A DNA stretch of 64,000 nt from Octopus sinensis (Eukaryota), in assembly GCF_006345805.1 (NCBI RefSeq), contig NC_043008.1, positions 62,806,001-62,870,000 on the forward strand, given 5' to 3'. Both the position numbers and the translations under genes were made by a program. This document shows positions 38,230 to 52,070 of this stretch, piece after piece (position 1 is the first letter of the stretch; every line of letters begins with the position of its first letter). The notes under the pieces were generated by a model that ran no database searches, was not told where the DNA came from, and saw nothing but the letters and a program-made list of their open reading frames with translations.

Positions 38230-39065
38230 CTTACCACACATCCACACCAATCCTATATTGCAAAAGAATACACTTTCTATCTATCTGTCTGTCTGTCTGT
38301 CTGCCTGTCTGTCTCTCTGTCTCTCTCTCACTTGCTCACTCTCTCTCCTCTTGTTTTTCTTAAAATGTATCAATTTAAGGTACTGTGTATTCTGTAAACT
38401 GGTCAGTCTTAAAACACTGACACTTTTGCCAATCAACAGTTGCTGCTTAAAAGAAATAAGGAAATATAAATTGATCTTTGTCTTGATAGTAAATACATAA
38501 TCAGAAGATTTATTTCCTCTTATGCAATAAACATTTAATCCAAAGAATAGATGACTAGGCAGGAGAAATTCTGATGTCAGAAACATATTCAACCCTGGCA
38601 CCTTTTGACAAATTGGATTTTAATCTGTATTGTAGAAAACAGGATTAGGAATTCAATACACAGTGTAGAGTTAATAGAGTAATACATCATTTATTAAAAT
38701 GATTCTGTCAAGAGTGTGTTCAGAAAATTCTAAAACAATGGAAATAAAGACAAAGATTTTTAATGCATCACTTTAGTAATACTTAAAACATTCTACATGT
38801 CAAATGTTTAAATATCTGAACTGTATTATTGTTAAGCTGGTTATAATTTTCCAAGCTATTAACCTCAACTTTAGAGATGAAGAATAATTTTAACATTGAC
38901 ATCTACACTATATTCCAACAGTTTTGATCTTCAGTCATCACGAAGGATATTCCCTGGGTATGTACAAGATACCGAGATTGTCTTGTTGTTGTTGCTATCA
39001 GTAGAAAATTAATTAAATAACCTAAAAGTCACCAGTGGCAGAGTGGGTAAGAATTTTATAATTCT

Positions 39066-39288
39066 TAGCTTACCTGTTAGCCTTCAAATGGGACATGCCT
39101 GGCCCAAATACTTAGCCAAATATTCAAACTGGCCAAATCTGGCCTCTCACACTTACCCTACACTGTCATACTAAACATAATCACATCATCAAAATCATGA
39201 ATCTGTGAGATAATTCACTACTAATTTGAAACAAATTGGATAAATAAGCAAGACTTTTGATAGATTAATCTGAATGTTAATTAGTTAA
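39066..39288. mobile_element. Degenerate TTAA-type MITE (possible)
   Basis: Ends ATCTGAATGTTAATTAGTTAA with a decayed inverted start; resembles TTAACCCTTTAGCATTCAGA-type MITEs. Confidence 0.35.
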
Positions 39289-39326
39289 AAGTAAATATTC
39301 ATTGTATTAGACTAGATTTGAATTAG

Positions 39327-39434
39327 ATCTTCTTCTTCTTCTTTTTCTTCTTCTTCTCTTTTACTTCTTCTTCTTCTTTTCTTCTTTTTCTTCTTCTTCT
39401 TCTTCTACTTCTATCATCATCATCATCATCATCA

Positions 39435-39490
<56 letters not shown>

Positions 39491-39509
39491 TTCTTCTTCA
39501 GTTCCTCTT

Positions 39510-39569
<60 letters not shown>

Positions 39570-39622
39570 TTCTTCTTCTTCTTCTCCTTCTTCTTCTCCG
39601 TTTTCTTCTTCTTCTTCTTCTT

Positions 39623-39685
<63 letters not shown>

Positions 39686-39765
39686 TTCTTCTTCTTCTCC
39701 TCCTTCTTCTTCTCCTTTTCCTTTTTCTTCTTCTTCTTCTTCTTCTTCTTCTTCTTCTCCTTCTA
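39327..39765. repeat. Compound (TTC)n-(CAT)n-(ATT)n microsatellite with higher-order repetition
   Basis: The (TTC)n(TTA)n-TTCAG block recurs three times. Confidence 0.95.
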
Positions 39766-40404
39766 GTGGCTACAGCTACAACAAATTTCGCAATGTCATA
39801 CTTTCTTATGTCGCTAATTTCCTGTTACGTATTTCTACAAACAGCATCAAGAGCATCAATGTAGTATTGTGGTTTTCTCCTCTATCAGACGATGAGAGAA
39901 TCTTCAAAACATAATATATTATATGGCCTCATCTTCAGTATAGTAGCAGTGGCCAGCAAAGACCTCCTTGTACAGAAGAGCAAAAGTATGGATGGATAGA
40001 ATCATCATCATTTTAAAGTTCCCTTTGCCAGCCCTGCATGGATCAGATAGAGTTTGTTGAGGAAGATATTCTACAGACAGAGATGCCCCTCTTGTCACCG
40101 ACCCTAACCTGTTCCCAAGGACAGTAATATTCCCTTGTGGCCTGACATATTATTCATAGAAGACTAGGCACATATGGTACTAATTGTATGACTGTAACAC
40201 TCATTTAAAACAGCACTGAATGTCAAGAAAAGGATAAATATGCAGAAACACACCCTCATATATGCACAAACAGGCACACCTTTACACACACATATGCAGA
40301 CACACAGACTCACACACACACACACACACATATATTACAAGAGTTTTTCATGTTCTTTTTCCTAAATCAATGTAAGGGCTTTGAGTGGTGTAATATTATA
40401 TTTA

Positions 40405-40822
40405 ATTCTTTATTGCCCACAAGGGGCTAAACATAGAGGAGACAAACAAGGAGGACAAACAAATGGATTAAGTCGATTATATTGTCCCCAGTGCGTAACT
40501 GGTACTTATTTGATTGACCCCGAAAGGATGAAAGGCAAAGTTAACCTCGATGGAATTTGAACTCAGAACATAGCGGCAGATGAAATACCTATTTCTTTAC
40601 TACCCACAAGGAGCTAAACACAGAGGGGACAAACAAGGACAGACATAGGTATTAAGTCGATTAAATCAACCCCAGTGCGTAACTGGTACTTATTTAATCG
40701 ACTCCGAAAGGATGAAAAGCAAAGTCGACCTCAGCGGAATTTGAACTCAGAACGTAGCAGCAGATGAAATACCGTTAAGCATTTCACCTGGCATGCTAAC
40801 GATTCTACCAGCTTGCTGTCTT
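40405..40822 (-). mobile_element. Family-B SINE dimer
   Basis: Same one-head, two-body structure and junction as 37811-38229. Confidence 0.92.
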
Positions 40823-41099
40823 AGTGGTGTAATATCATATTAGAAGATACTGGTCCTAGGTGCTGCACAGTGAGACTGATTCCTCAGAGCATAATCAAAA
40901 AGCAAGATCCTTAATCACACAGTACTATGTCCATAAAATTTCTCCTTAGTCTTAAGCTCATTATGTTAGGTTTTACAAGCCTTCATGAAATGCCTTGTGT
41001 ACATACTATCATGATGATCTTGATGCCCCTACTTCATAGCCTAGCTTGTACATCGCAGAGGACAATTGTAAACCAAACTGATAAAAACATTGTGGTAAA

Positions 41100-41305
41100 T
41101 ATTGGTTTCAAATTTTAGCAGAAGGCCAACAATTTGTGGGGAGGAGGTAAGTCGATTACATTGAACCTAGTTCACAACTGGTATTAATTTCTAACAATCC
41201 TGACAAAATGACTTCAGTGGCATTTGAACTCAGAACATAAAGACACACAAAATGCTGTTAAGTGTTTTGCTCAGAATACCCATGATTCTGCCAACTGATC
41301 GCCTT
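41100..41305 (-). mobile_element. Degenerate family-B SINE (alternative tail)
   Basis: GGTTTCAAATTTTAGCAGAAGGCCAACAATTT tail variant; related copies at 43570-43990 and 62775-62975. Confidence 0.75.
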
Positions 41306-42514
41306 CTATTGTTGTAAATATCAAAAGAGAAAATAATGTTTCATATCTGAAGATGATAGTGACAGCTCAAAATATAATATTTATAGTATACATATTGGAT
41401 TTAGAATATATTTAGTTTCCATAAACTTTAAATAAATCTCTATACAAATCTAGGTTCATTGTTATTATATATGATTACCAATTATGCAAATTTTTTAATA
41501 AATTCTTTAAGAAAGCAATATCAATTTGAACAAGTTAATAATCTTTATTCAGCTGATAATAACATTAAATTAATGGTATTCTTGGTCAAAATATTAACAA
41601 TTTTAATATCGCTACTACTTAAACTCTTTCCCCTTTATAAATCATTTATTATCAATGGTTTTTTTTTACTTTACATGGGGCTATAAATAGCCATCTTGAA
41701 GACTCATAAATATGGCACTTTAAGTCACAGTTGCAAAGTAAAAGTGAGAATATTTCCTCTTTCTTTCTCTCTCTTTTCTTTTTTTTTTGATTTTCATGTG
41801 ACTTACAGTGTCAGATTTTAAAGCTTCCCTTGAGGTAACTTGCAATATCTGATGCACTGAATCATCAGAAATAAATGAATTAATCCTATTAAATCACCTT
41901 TTATTCTCTTACTATCCGATTTCCAAAGTAACTTAAGTAGAATTGAACTACTACGTCTTGACATTTGAGACTAAATGCTAATAAGATAGCAATCGTGACA
42001 TTGTTTTGTTATTTTAGACTGACTGTATTCTATTTAATTTACTGACTGTTATTTTTGGTTCAACTTACAAGAAATTATTGGCACCGTTGCTTCTTATTCA
42101 CTTAAATATGTCTATACATATACACTATTTATATGTTTATTACCTTTACGTCTGAACATATATAAGAAACTTTAATTATATCTGAACACGATTTCATTTA
42201 TATATGTGTGGTACCAAGCTATACAATCATACAAGTCAAGAAACCAGGATAGACATATCTCTAGTTTCCAGTATGTTAGGTTTTAGGTAAAATTTCCCAG
42301 GCATTATGTTCAAAATAGATATTATAAAATTAGTATTTCAATTTATTTCTGATATATGATGTTGTTAAGAAATTTGCTTTTCCATATAAGATTTCGGGTT
42401 CACTATCACAAGTTCCTTAGACAAATGTATTCTAATTAAGCATTAGGCAAGCAAAAGCTTTCTGATGGATTTGGTGGAAGCTGAAAGGGGCTCATCATTT
42501 ATCATCCTCTTCCT

Positions 42515-42857
42515 CATCATCATCGTTTAAGTTCCATTTTCCGTACTAGCATGGTTTGGACGGTTCAACCGGGGTCTGGAAAGCCAGGAGGCTGCACCAA
42601 GCTCCAGTCTGATCTGGCAGTGTTTCTACAGCTGGATGCCCTTCCTAACGCCAACTACTCCGTGAGTGTAGTGGGTGCTTTTTACGTGCCACTGGCACAG
42701 GTGCCAGGGGAGGCTGGCAGCAACCAAGATCAGTTGGTGCTTTTTACATGCCACTGGCACAGAGGCCAGTCAAGGCAGCGCTGGCATCGGCCACATTCAG
42801 ATGGTGCTTTTTACATGCCACCGTATATATGAATGTGATGTCAAGATATGGTTAAAG

Positions 42858-42904
<47 letters not shown>

Positions 42905-43085
42905 CACACACACATGCATATGTACAGTAGGCTTCTTTCAGCTTCCATCTACCAAATGAACTCACAACAAGGCTTTGGTTGTCCCAGGACTATAGTAGAG
43001 AAATACTTGCCCAAGCTGCAATTCAGTGGGGTTGACCCTGCAACTATGTGGTTGAGAAGCAAACATCATATCCAAACAGCCGTGT
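42515..43085 (-). mobile_element. Family-E SINE: A-type head + different body + (GAT)n tail
   Basis: A head at 42925-43085; body CTGGATGCCCTTCCTAACGCC; CATCATCATCGTTTAA tail. Confidence 0.85.
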
Positions 43086-43162
43086 TGCATATTTCTGTCT
43101 CTCTTTGTCTGGCTGTCTGTATGCCTCCCCCACTCTCTCTCTCTCTCTCTCACTCTCTCGAC

Positions 43163-43505
43163 CAATGGGTCTCAACTGTTTTTTTTATCTATGGATGCCT
43201 TTGATTACTATTTTACTTTGGTAAACCTCATAGCCATTTGATGTTTGAAAACTTTGATGTTTTATTGATGCGTCTTTCAAAATTCCTGTTTTGTTTTTCA
43301 CACGTTAACTGGCGTAGGCTGAACTATGTAAAACATTTAAGAAAGAAATGTTGCTATTTCTTCCAATAAATACATCTAAATCAAACTTCTTCATTGACCC
43401 TTAATATACTACTGTGTGTACCCAAATTACTATTTTGCTTGCATGGGCCCTCAGAAATCTTATATGGATCCCTAGGGGTCATATAGGCTCTAGTTGGAAC
43501 CACTG
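43163..43505. mobile_element. hAT-Charlie-type MITE
   Basis: CAATGGGTCTCAAC ... GTTGGAACCACTG; 8-bp TSD CTCTCGAC/CTCTAGAT. Confidence 0.8.
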
Positions 43506-43569
43506 CTCTAGATAATTTAAAATAGAGAATTTTTATATTGCTTTGTAATATTTTTCTAATGCTTATTTC

Positions 43570-43990
43570 TCATTTAGGCACAAAGCTAACAATTTGAGGG
43601 ATGGAGTTAGTTGAGTACATCAACCCAAGTACAAGACTGGTACTCTATTTTACTGAATCTGTAGATGAGAAAGGTAAAGTTGACTTCAGCAGTACTTCAA
43701 CTCAGAATGTAAACCTGTAAATTTTTCCCAATGCTAATAATGATTCATACAGTTCCCTGCCATAATATTTTATGTAATTTTGGTTTCAAATTTTGGCACA
43801 AGGCCAGCAACTTCAGGAAACAGGCAATTCGATTAAAGTGACTCCAGTGTTTAACTGGTACTTACTTTATCGAGCTTGAAAGGATAAAAGGCAAAGACAA
43901 CCTTGATGGATTTGAACTCAGACATAAAAACAGATTAAATGATGCTAAGCATTTTGCCTGTAGTGCTAACAATTCTGAGACTTTGCCGCC
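43570..43990 (-). mobile_element. Two degenerate family-B SINEs
   Basis: GGCACAA..CAAC tail, ACTGGTAC core and GCTAAGCATTTT head motifs. Confidence 0.75.
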
Positions 43991-44525
43991 ATATACTTTG
44001 GTGTAATATCAAAACATATTATTGGGTATGATGGATGTTTCTTGTACATGTATTACTTGATGAGAGGCTTAAGAGGTTCGCTTACCACCATGTGATTTTG
44101 TGAGTGAATTTCTATTTCCTTTCTGGTCTCACCAAAAAATTGGTTTTGTTTGCTTCCAGTCCATCACAGAGTATGTCTGAGCTTCTTAACCTCTCTTAAA
44201 ATGTTGTGCAACGTTTTTAAGCAGAAGGTACATTTATCCAGTGTTACTTGCTTCCATTTCTCTGCATAACTGAGACTAGGTTGTTTGTTGAATGAGAGAC
44301 TGTTGAAGAATCTACTGAAACTTATTCTTGTCTAAGTCATGCAAGTATTGCAAAGTAGATATTGAAACAACGATGATGGTTGGGGTTTTAGTCATGATGG
44401 CTGCAGTGGTGGTGGCAGTGGTGGTGGTGGCAGTAGTAGCAGCCACAGTGGTCGAAGTGGCAGCGGTGGCAGAGGTGGTAGTGGTAGTGATGATGCAGCT
44501 GCTGGTGGCAGTGAGGTGGTGGGGG

Positions 44526-44912
44526 TCTCTTTTACTCTTTTATTTGTTTCATTCATTTGGCTGTGGCCATGCTGGAGCACCACCTTTAGTCGAGCACATC
44601 GACCCCAGGACTTATTCTTTGTAAGCCTAGTATTTATTCTATTAGTCTCTTTTGCTGAACCACTAAGTTATGGGGACGTAAACAAACCAGCATCGGTTGT
44701 CAAGCGATGCTGGGGGAACAAACACAGACACACAAACACACATATATATACATATACATACATACGGCTGGCTTCTTTCAGTTTCCGTCTACCAAATCCA
44801 CTCACAAGGATTTGGTCGGCCCGAGGCTATAGTAGAAGACACTTGCCCAAGGTGCCATGCAATGCGACTGAACCCAGAACCATGTGGTTCGTAAGCAAGC
44901 TACTTACCACAC
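44526..44912 (-). mobile_element. Family-A SINE
   Basis: Near-complete, well-preserved copy. Confidence 0.92.
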
Positions 44913-45289
44913 AGACACAATAAAGTTGATGGAAACACTTACAAACCTGCACCTCAGTGTTGTCCTTATTGTTATTAAACCCCATGTCAAATCTGATATG
45001 AAGAAAGGATTTCCACTAATGACAATCCAAGACTGGACTAGATCAGTCATGTATTGATGCTATTATATATTTAGAACAGCATGGAATACTGTGATGTATG
45101 TGCCATTTGGAGTTTTGTCCTTGGGAACTGCAAGTGTCCATGTTATCGAAACATAAACTAAAATTGGTTCATCTGCATCTATGAAAAAGTCTGTTTTAGA
45201 TTTTCATACAAGATTGGATTTCTTTATCTTATCCAGATAATTAAGCATTCCCCATGCTTCACTAATCCTGATTCTGATATCACACTTAG

Positions 45290-45560
45290 ACTTGGAGATA
45301 TGACACCTTGTGTATCATAGAGCCTATACAAAAACACAGACTTAGATTTATTAGTCATTGCTAGTGAAACAAGAAGCTAGTAATAGAGACAAGTTCTTCA
45401 ATGGCAAATTTTCCTATGGTAAACAAGGATGAGGCAGACCAGCAAAAATCTACTTTACACTCAAATTACAAAAGACACTGGATTATAGATGACCAAGAGC
45501 TTAAAAATAACATAATTGATGGAAAGGAACAGAAAATATGTGTCAGGAATGCCAAGAAGT
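45290..45560 (+). pseudogene. Decayed 3' end of an RTE-type LINE ORF
   Basis: Translates to IQKHRLRFISHC* ... YGKQG*GRPAKIY ... KDTGL, matching the RLRFxGHC / RGRP / DTG C-terminal pattern of RTE-clade proteins. Confidence 0.65.
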
Positions 45561-45577
45561 TTTTGATTCACTGACTA

Positions 45578-45703
45578 ACTTACCAACCACATGGTTCCAG
45601 GTTCAATCCCACTGTGTGGCACCTTGGGCAAGTGTCTCCTACTATAGCCTCGGGCCAGCCAAAGCCTTGTGAGTGGATTTGGTAGACGGAAACTGAAAGA
45701 AGC

Positions 45704-45756
<53 letters not shown>

Positions 45757-45968
45757 TTGTGTGTCTGTGTTTTTCCCCCCAACATCGCTTGACAATCGAT
45801 GCTGGTGTGTTTACGTCCCCGTAACTTAGCGGTTCAGCAAAAGAGACCGATAGAATAAGTACTAGGCTTACAAAGGATAAGTCCTGGGGTCGATTTGCTT
45901 AACTAATAGCAGTGCTCCAGCATGGCCGCAGTCAAATGACCGAAACAAGTAAAAGAGTAAAAGAGTAA
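45578..45968 (+). mobile_element. Family-A SINE, slightly 5'-truncated
   Basis: Well-preserved body and (GTAAAAGA)n tail. Confidence 0.92.
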
Positions 45969-47924
45969 CTTACTACACTAAATTATTCAAAATTTTCTTT
46001 TTTTTTTTTTAGACAATACTGTGTGATTTAAGAGGGATTCTGTTTCTACATCTAGCAACTCAATTGATCAACTAAAGGGTCTCTAGTTTGTGTATTTGGT
46101 TCATATGGATTTCACTTGCACATGATACTGTTGAGTGTATAATTATTGCTTCTCTTATTCGTGAGAGAACAGGACTTTGACTTGGTATCTTCACAGTTGT
46201 TTCTATACAGCACTTGTAATACAATTTGCATTGTTGCATTTACTGCTCTTATTACATGCATTTTTTTCTCCATTTGATTTAATCATGGTTATGTATAAAT
46301 TCTGCTAGGCCTGCTACTATATTGCTTCTTATACCATTTTTGTTGTTTGGGTTATTGATGAGAAATGGTGACTTTTAATATAATCTTAGGAGATTAATTT
46401 CAGATTTTAGTTAAAATTTTAATTTCTTAGAAAAACACTTAAAACATTCTTTGGCATTTCCCTTCAGTTCATAAGATGTTAAATCTAGTTACCATCTATT
46501 GTAAGTGATAAAACAAATGGATTTCATTTTAATAGATAAATTGAAGTTGAAATGTTAGTTAATATTATAGGCCACTATGCGAAGTAAAAAGAAAAAATGA
46601 GCAAACAAATTGATATAAATTGTCAAAGGATATAATAAGATTCTTTTTTGCATGTATTTAGTTTTGTTTAAAATTTATATTGTGTAAAAATGTTGCTTCT
46701 AATTTGGGGTGCATCAGCTTAGCAAAAGTCAATAAAGCAATCGGAAATTCTGTTTCAGAAAAAATTGTTTGTTCTTTTGTTCAAGAAGCCAATCAGAATA
46801 AGTGTGTTGCAAAAAAAAAAAAAAAAAAAGAAGAAGAAGAAGGAAACAATAAAGAATCTGAAAATGGTAATAAGATAAAGAACAAGAATGTAAGAAAATG
46901 TCAAAACTTATATAGAATAGACTATATTCTACTTTCTGCTTTGGTCTTAGCTGTAGGTCTGGTGAAAAATCAATGTCTTTGAGATCCAACAGCAATGAAT
47001 TTCTGAGATAGTAAACAGATTGAGGAAATTGATTCTATTAGTCTAATTTAGCAGCACAGGTTAGATAAAAATGATGAGCCAGATAGCTGTAAGTTTATTA
47101 CCATAAAGAAATTTCAATTGGAAGCAACTTCAATAAGTTTCTGTTGAAACTGTTTTTCATCTTAAATCTGATTGTCTTAGAAAATGTTGAGTGATGGATT
47201 TTATTTAGTTGAATTTTTCATTCTTTCTCTCAATCTTTTCCTTTTTATTTGGGCTTTTTTTTTTTCAATCCTTTTATGATTGAAATAAAGAGACAGCAAG
47301 CTTAAACTAGTAATTTACAAGTGCATAAAATAAACATAAAAATTATTTTTAATTTCATTCTATTATTTTTTATATGTTCCGCCCATAGCAGAAGTTTTAG
47401 TTCATTGAATTGGCGGTAACTAAATATGAAATTAGATCAATAAACTCGTGAAACAATGAGCTTAGTCTATAACATGTAATCTCATACAATGATATAGTAA
47501 ATTGTTAAACATCAATATAATTAAAAATAACTTTCTAAAGTAGATTTTAAATACTGATTTAGTTTTCTATATTAGAAATACATCATTATCAGCTATTTAT
47601 TTTTCATTTTTTTCTCTATAGATACCTTTAGTTTTATGTAATCTTTTTAACCAGCTGTGCTCTGGGCAGTGATTAAATGAGATTTTGCTAATTGCTAATT
47701 TACTATTACTGATGTCTCGTATGAAAAAAATACAAGAAATAAAAATTGAAATTAGATCACAATGATGAGGTGTGTCTTCTAGGCTCTAGAAAATGCTTCA
47801 GTATGGAGTGGCTACAGACCTTACACATGTCAGAAAAGTACATTCATAAACCAAAAAAAGGGTATAGCATCAGCTATTCATGCAAGTAATGTAGATTATA
47901 TAGAGAGGGAAAAAAAACAACCCA

Positions 47925-48380
47925 TGCAGGTGTGGCTGTGAGGTAAGAAGCTTGCTTCTCAACCACATGGTTCCAGGTTCAGTCCCACTGCATGGCACCT
48001 TGGGCAAATGTCTTCTACTATAGCCATGAACCAACGAAAGCCTTGTGAGAGGATTTGGTAAATAGAAACTGATAGAAGCCTGTCGTATATATTTGTATGA
48101 GCATGTGTGTGTGCATGCATATATCTATGTGTGTGTGTATGTGTCTTTGTGTCTGTGTTTGTCTCCCACCACTGCTCAACAACCAGGGTTGTTATGTTTA
48201 CGTCCCTATAACCTAACAGTTCAGCAAAAAAGACCAATAAAATAAGTACCAAACTTAAAAAGAATAAGTTCCAGGGTTGATTTGTTATACTGAAAAAATC
48301 CTTTAAGGCAGTGCTCCAGCATGGCCATGGAGCCCCAGCGTGGCTGCAGTATAATGAATAAAGCAAGTTAAAGATAAAAA
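47925..48380 (+). mobile_element. Family-A SINE (older subfamily)
   Basis: Complete order of motifs; longer spacer before GGCAGTGCTCCAGCATGG. Confidence 0.88.
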
Positions 48381-48591
48381 CAAATCACTCACAAGTACTT
48401 CTAGATCAATACTGTGTTTCAAATTACTACTATTTTTACCTTAATTACAATGGTTATTTCTCCTCTGCTAAAGTAATCTGTGCATGACACCCGCTCTGTT
48501 TATTTAATGCAAACCCACCCAATTCAATCATTTTCCCAGTTATCTTCCTAACAGTGTATCACCAAGCAATTCCAGAGTTTTATCTCCAGCA

Positions 48592-48980
48592 CTGCAAGCA
48601 TGGCTGTGTGGTAAGAAGTTTGCTTCCCAATTAAATGGTTACAGGTTCAGTCCCACTGCATGACGCCTTGAGCAAGTGTCTTCTACTATAGCTTCAGGCC
48701 AACCAAAGCCTTGTGAATGGATTTGGTAAATTGGAAACTGAAAGAAGCCAGTCTTGTGTGTGTGTTGTGTCAGTGTTTGTACCCTACTATCACTTGACAA
48801 TTGGGGTTGATTTGCTTATATCCCTTTAACTTAGTGGTTTGGCAAAAAGAGACCAATAGAATAAGTGCCAAACTTTAAAAAAACATAAGTACTGAGGTCA
48901 ATTCATTTGACTAAAAGTTCTTCAGGGTGGTGCCCCAGCATGGCCATGACAGAAACCGATAAAAGAAAAAAAGAAAAATA
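48592..48980 (+). mobile_element. Family-A SINE (older subfamily)
   Basis: Complete order of motifs. Confidence 0.88.
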
Positions 48981-49171
48981 TCCCTTGATACATTCCTAAA
49001 TGCATCAATTCACACAGAGTCAAGTTAGGCGATTTTTCTTCAAACTACACTTATGGAAGTCCATCAAGCCAACAAATTAATAAAGGAACTTCTACAGGGT
49101 TGCTCGCCGTACGAGATATAGCAGCTAAATTTCCTTTAACTCCCTTCACTCTATTTCAAATGAACTAATAT

Positions 49172-49387
49172 CTTATTTCTTTATTGCCCACAAGGGGCTA
49201 AACATAGAGGAGACAAACAAGGACAGACAAACTGATTAAGTCAATTACATCGACCCCAGTACATAACTGGTATTTAATTTATCGACCCTGAAATGATGAA
49301 AGGCAAAATTGACCTCAGAACATAACGGCAGACAAAATATTGCTAAGCATTTTGCACGACGTGATAATGTTTCTGCCAGCTTGCCCT
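49172..49387 (-). mobile_element. Family-B SINE
   Basis: TTTCTTTATTGCCCACAAGGGGCT tail through TTCTGCCAGC head. Confidence 0.88.
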
Positions 49388-49869
49388 AAGACTACATTGA
49401 ATGGTGTAGTTGTTAGATTCATGATATTTGAATAAAAGATGGAATGATCATGGCAGGAATATCTTTTATCAATGTCTTTTTTACCTAATAAAGTATAATC
49501 TGGGCTAAACAGTTACATCAAACTAGGATGACAGCAAAATCTATATATACTCTCTTCTCCCTAGAACTAATGAATAAAATATTATTTGCATTAATACATT
49601 CGTGGCCAAAATTTTGGAACACTTTTCATTAAATTATGCTTGTTATGCTCAAGTACAATCCAATTGAAATACATACAATGTAGAGATATATTTACCTAAT
49701 AACTGATTCAATGGTTCAGCATCTAGAGGAATAACTAGGCAAAATCAAAAACATAGTTCAAGACAAAATTGCTTACTTTTAATAAATAGAAGCTAGTACA
49801 TCATGTATACAAAAATATATTCCAAACTTTTGGCATCGTGTATATGAAAATATATTCAAAACTTTTGCA

Positions 49870-50582
49870 AGTGTGACGATGTAGTTAAGAAGCTTGTTTC
49901 CCAAGCACGTGATTCCACTGCATTGCATGGCACCTTGGGTGAGCACTTTTACTATAGCCCCGAAATGACCAAAGACTTGTGAATGGATTTAGTAGATAGA
50001 AACTAAAAGAAGTCTATCATGTATAGGTGCAAGGATGGCTGTGTGGTAAAACGTTTGCCTCCCGTGTGGTACTTTGGGCAAGTGTCTTCTACTATACTCT
50101 TGCACTGACCAAAGACGTGTGAGTGGATTTGGTAGACAGAAATGGAAAGAAGCCCATTGCATATATGTATATATATATCAATCATAAGGGCACACAAATA
50201 CACCTGCCTGCTAGAAATAAGAGTGAAAACCCTCATTTAAACCACCAGTAATAACACTGAAAATTTCGATACAAAATCAACAGTAGTTAGGCGAATAGAC
50301 TGAAAAAATATTTCACATGCCAATATAATCCAATGCTATAAATTTCTTAATATTTGGATTAGCAGGCAGACGCACTTGTGTGTCCTTATTGTTGATATAA
50401 ATTTTAATTCTTTAGCAATATAATGCTATTTCAGGCCTGCAACCACTTATATTATTGTTGTTGTTATTATCAAGTATTTATATTACCCTGGATAATAATA
50501 ACAATAATAATATCTATATAAATATTCCCTCATGAGTATTTGCTCCTTATGTGCATGTATAAGTGTGCATGTGTGCATGTGC

Positions 50583-50619
<37 letters not shown>

Positions 50620-50826
50620 TGCATTTATACCCTTCCCCTTTACCATTTGAAAACTGGTGTTGCTGAGTTTACATCCCCTTAATCTAGCAATTCCACAAAA
50701 GAGACTAATAGAATAAGTGCCAGACTTTAGAAATGTAAGTTCTGGGGCCAATTCATTTGACAGAAAATTCTTCAAGGTGGTTCCCCAGCATGGCTACTGT
50801 TTAATAACTGAACTAAAAGATAAAAG
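49870..50826 (+). mobile_element. Family-A heads (49870-50015, 50026-50165) and body (50560-50826), separated by a nested fold-back element
   Basis: A motifs on both sides of the palindrome at 50174-50399. Confidence 0.75.
50174..50399. mobile_element. Fold-back element
   Basis: TATATCAATCATAAGGGCACACAAATACACCTGCCTGCTA pairs imperfectly with TAGCAGGCAGACGCACTTGTGTGTCCTTATTGTTGATATA. Confidence 0.7.
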
Positions 50827-50873
50827 GCATATATATATATATATTTATATTTATATATATTATATATATATAT

Positions 50874-50981
<108 letters not shown>

Positions 50982-50987
50982 TATATA

Positions 50988-51217
50988 GTTTTTGAAGTGG
51001 TGTACAGATATGTGTATATTGAGAAAAAGGAAGCAGTCAGATTTTGGATAATTCTTTATAAACACTTTTGTTTGTTTATCTGAAGTCTTGGAGGCAAAAA
51101 TTAAAACCAAAATGGTTTTGGTTTTAATTCCTGTTTTGAAGAATTTGATTTCACAAATGAAAGTACTATTAAAGAATTATCCAAAATTCCTAGTGCCACT
51201 TTTTTCTCAATATATAT
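50988..51217. mobile_element. Palindromic element, copy 2
   Basis: Homologous to 37128-37357, including the GTTTTTGAAGTGGTGTACAGATATG leader. Confidence 0.85.
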
Positions 51218-51229
51218 TTATGTGTGAGC

Positions 51230-51286
<57 letters not shown>

Positions 51287-51813
51287 CATGCATACATACA
51301 TACATACATATAAATATAAATATATATGTATATATGTAGGTATGTATATATGTGTGTGTGTATGTGTGTGAGTATACATAGGTGTGTGTATAAGTAAATA
51401 TGTATGTATATATGTATGTATATATGTATGTATGTATGTATGTAGCAGGTCTATGAGGTCTCAAATGTCATATAGACTCACTAGTATTAGTACATATACT
51501 GAACATAATTTGCATAAACGATTATATAATATTCACTTGTATGTGTTTATGCTGCACACAGATTCACTTTTATGGGATCACAACCAACTTAGTAGAATGT
51601 TATCTTCTTTTCTGTATTCAGTGACATTTCACTGTTTTATGTAATATTTAATAAAAACAAATAAAGCTTATAAATTTTTAACATGAATCTTCTTGATTAA
51701 ATTTTAAACCAAATTAATACACTGGCAATTAAAAAGTATATTTACTCATCTAGTGTTTACAAATTTAATAAAACCCATTTATTAATTCACTGTAATGGCT
51801 TTAGTTATTATAA

Positions 51814-52070
51814 TGTGGAGGCGTGTAGCTTAGTGGTAGTGTGTTGGACTCATGACTGTAAGATTGTGGTTTCGGTTTCTGGACTGAGCAGTGCATTGTG
51901 TTCTTGAGAAAAACACTTTATTTCATGTTGCTCTGGCTACACAGCTGGCAAAAATGAGTAATCCGATGATGAACTAGCGTCTCGTCCAGGTTGGAAATAT
52001 ATACACCATGGAACTGGAAAACCATCCCTTATGAGCCAGCATGACTTCAGAGGGTAACTTAACCTTTTTT
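51814..52070 (+). mobile_element. Family-D SINE + tail X variant
   Basis: GTGGAGGCGTGTAGCTTAGTGG head; CAGCTGGCAAAAATGAGTAA centre. Confidence 0.85.

Larger units (their letters stand above)
36808..38250 (-). mobile_element. Older family-A SINE split by nested insertions
   Basis: Body at 36808-37010; head at 37680-37810 resuming at about 38230. Contains a fold-back element, a D-head fragment and a B dimer. Confidence 0.75.

Noticed and set aside
46680-46982. 100-aa K/E-rich ORF
   Set aside because: Driven by a poly(A) run and (GAA)n; no motif or splice support.
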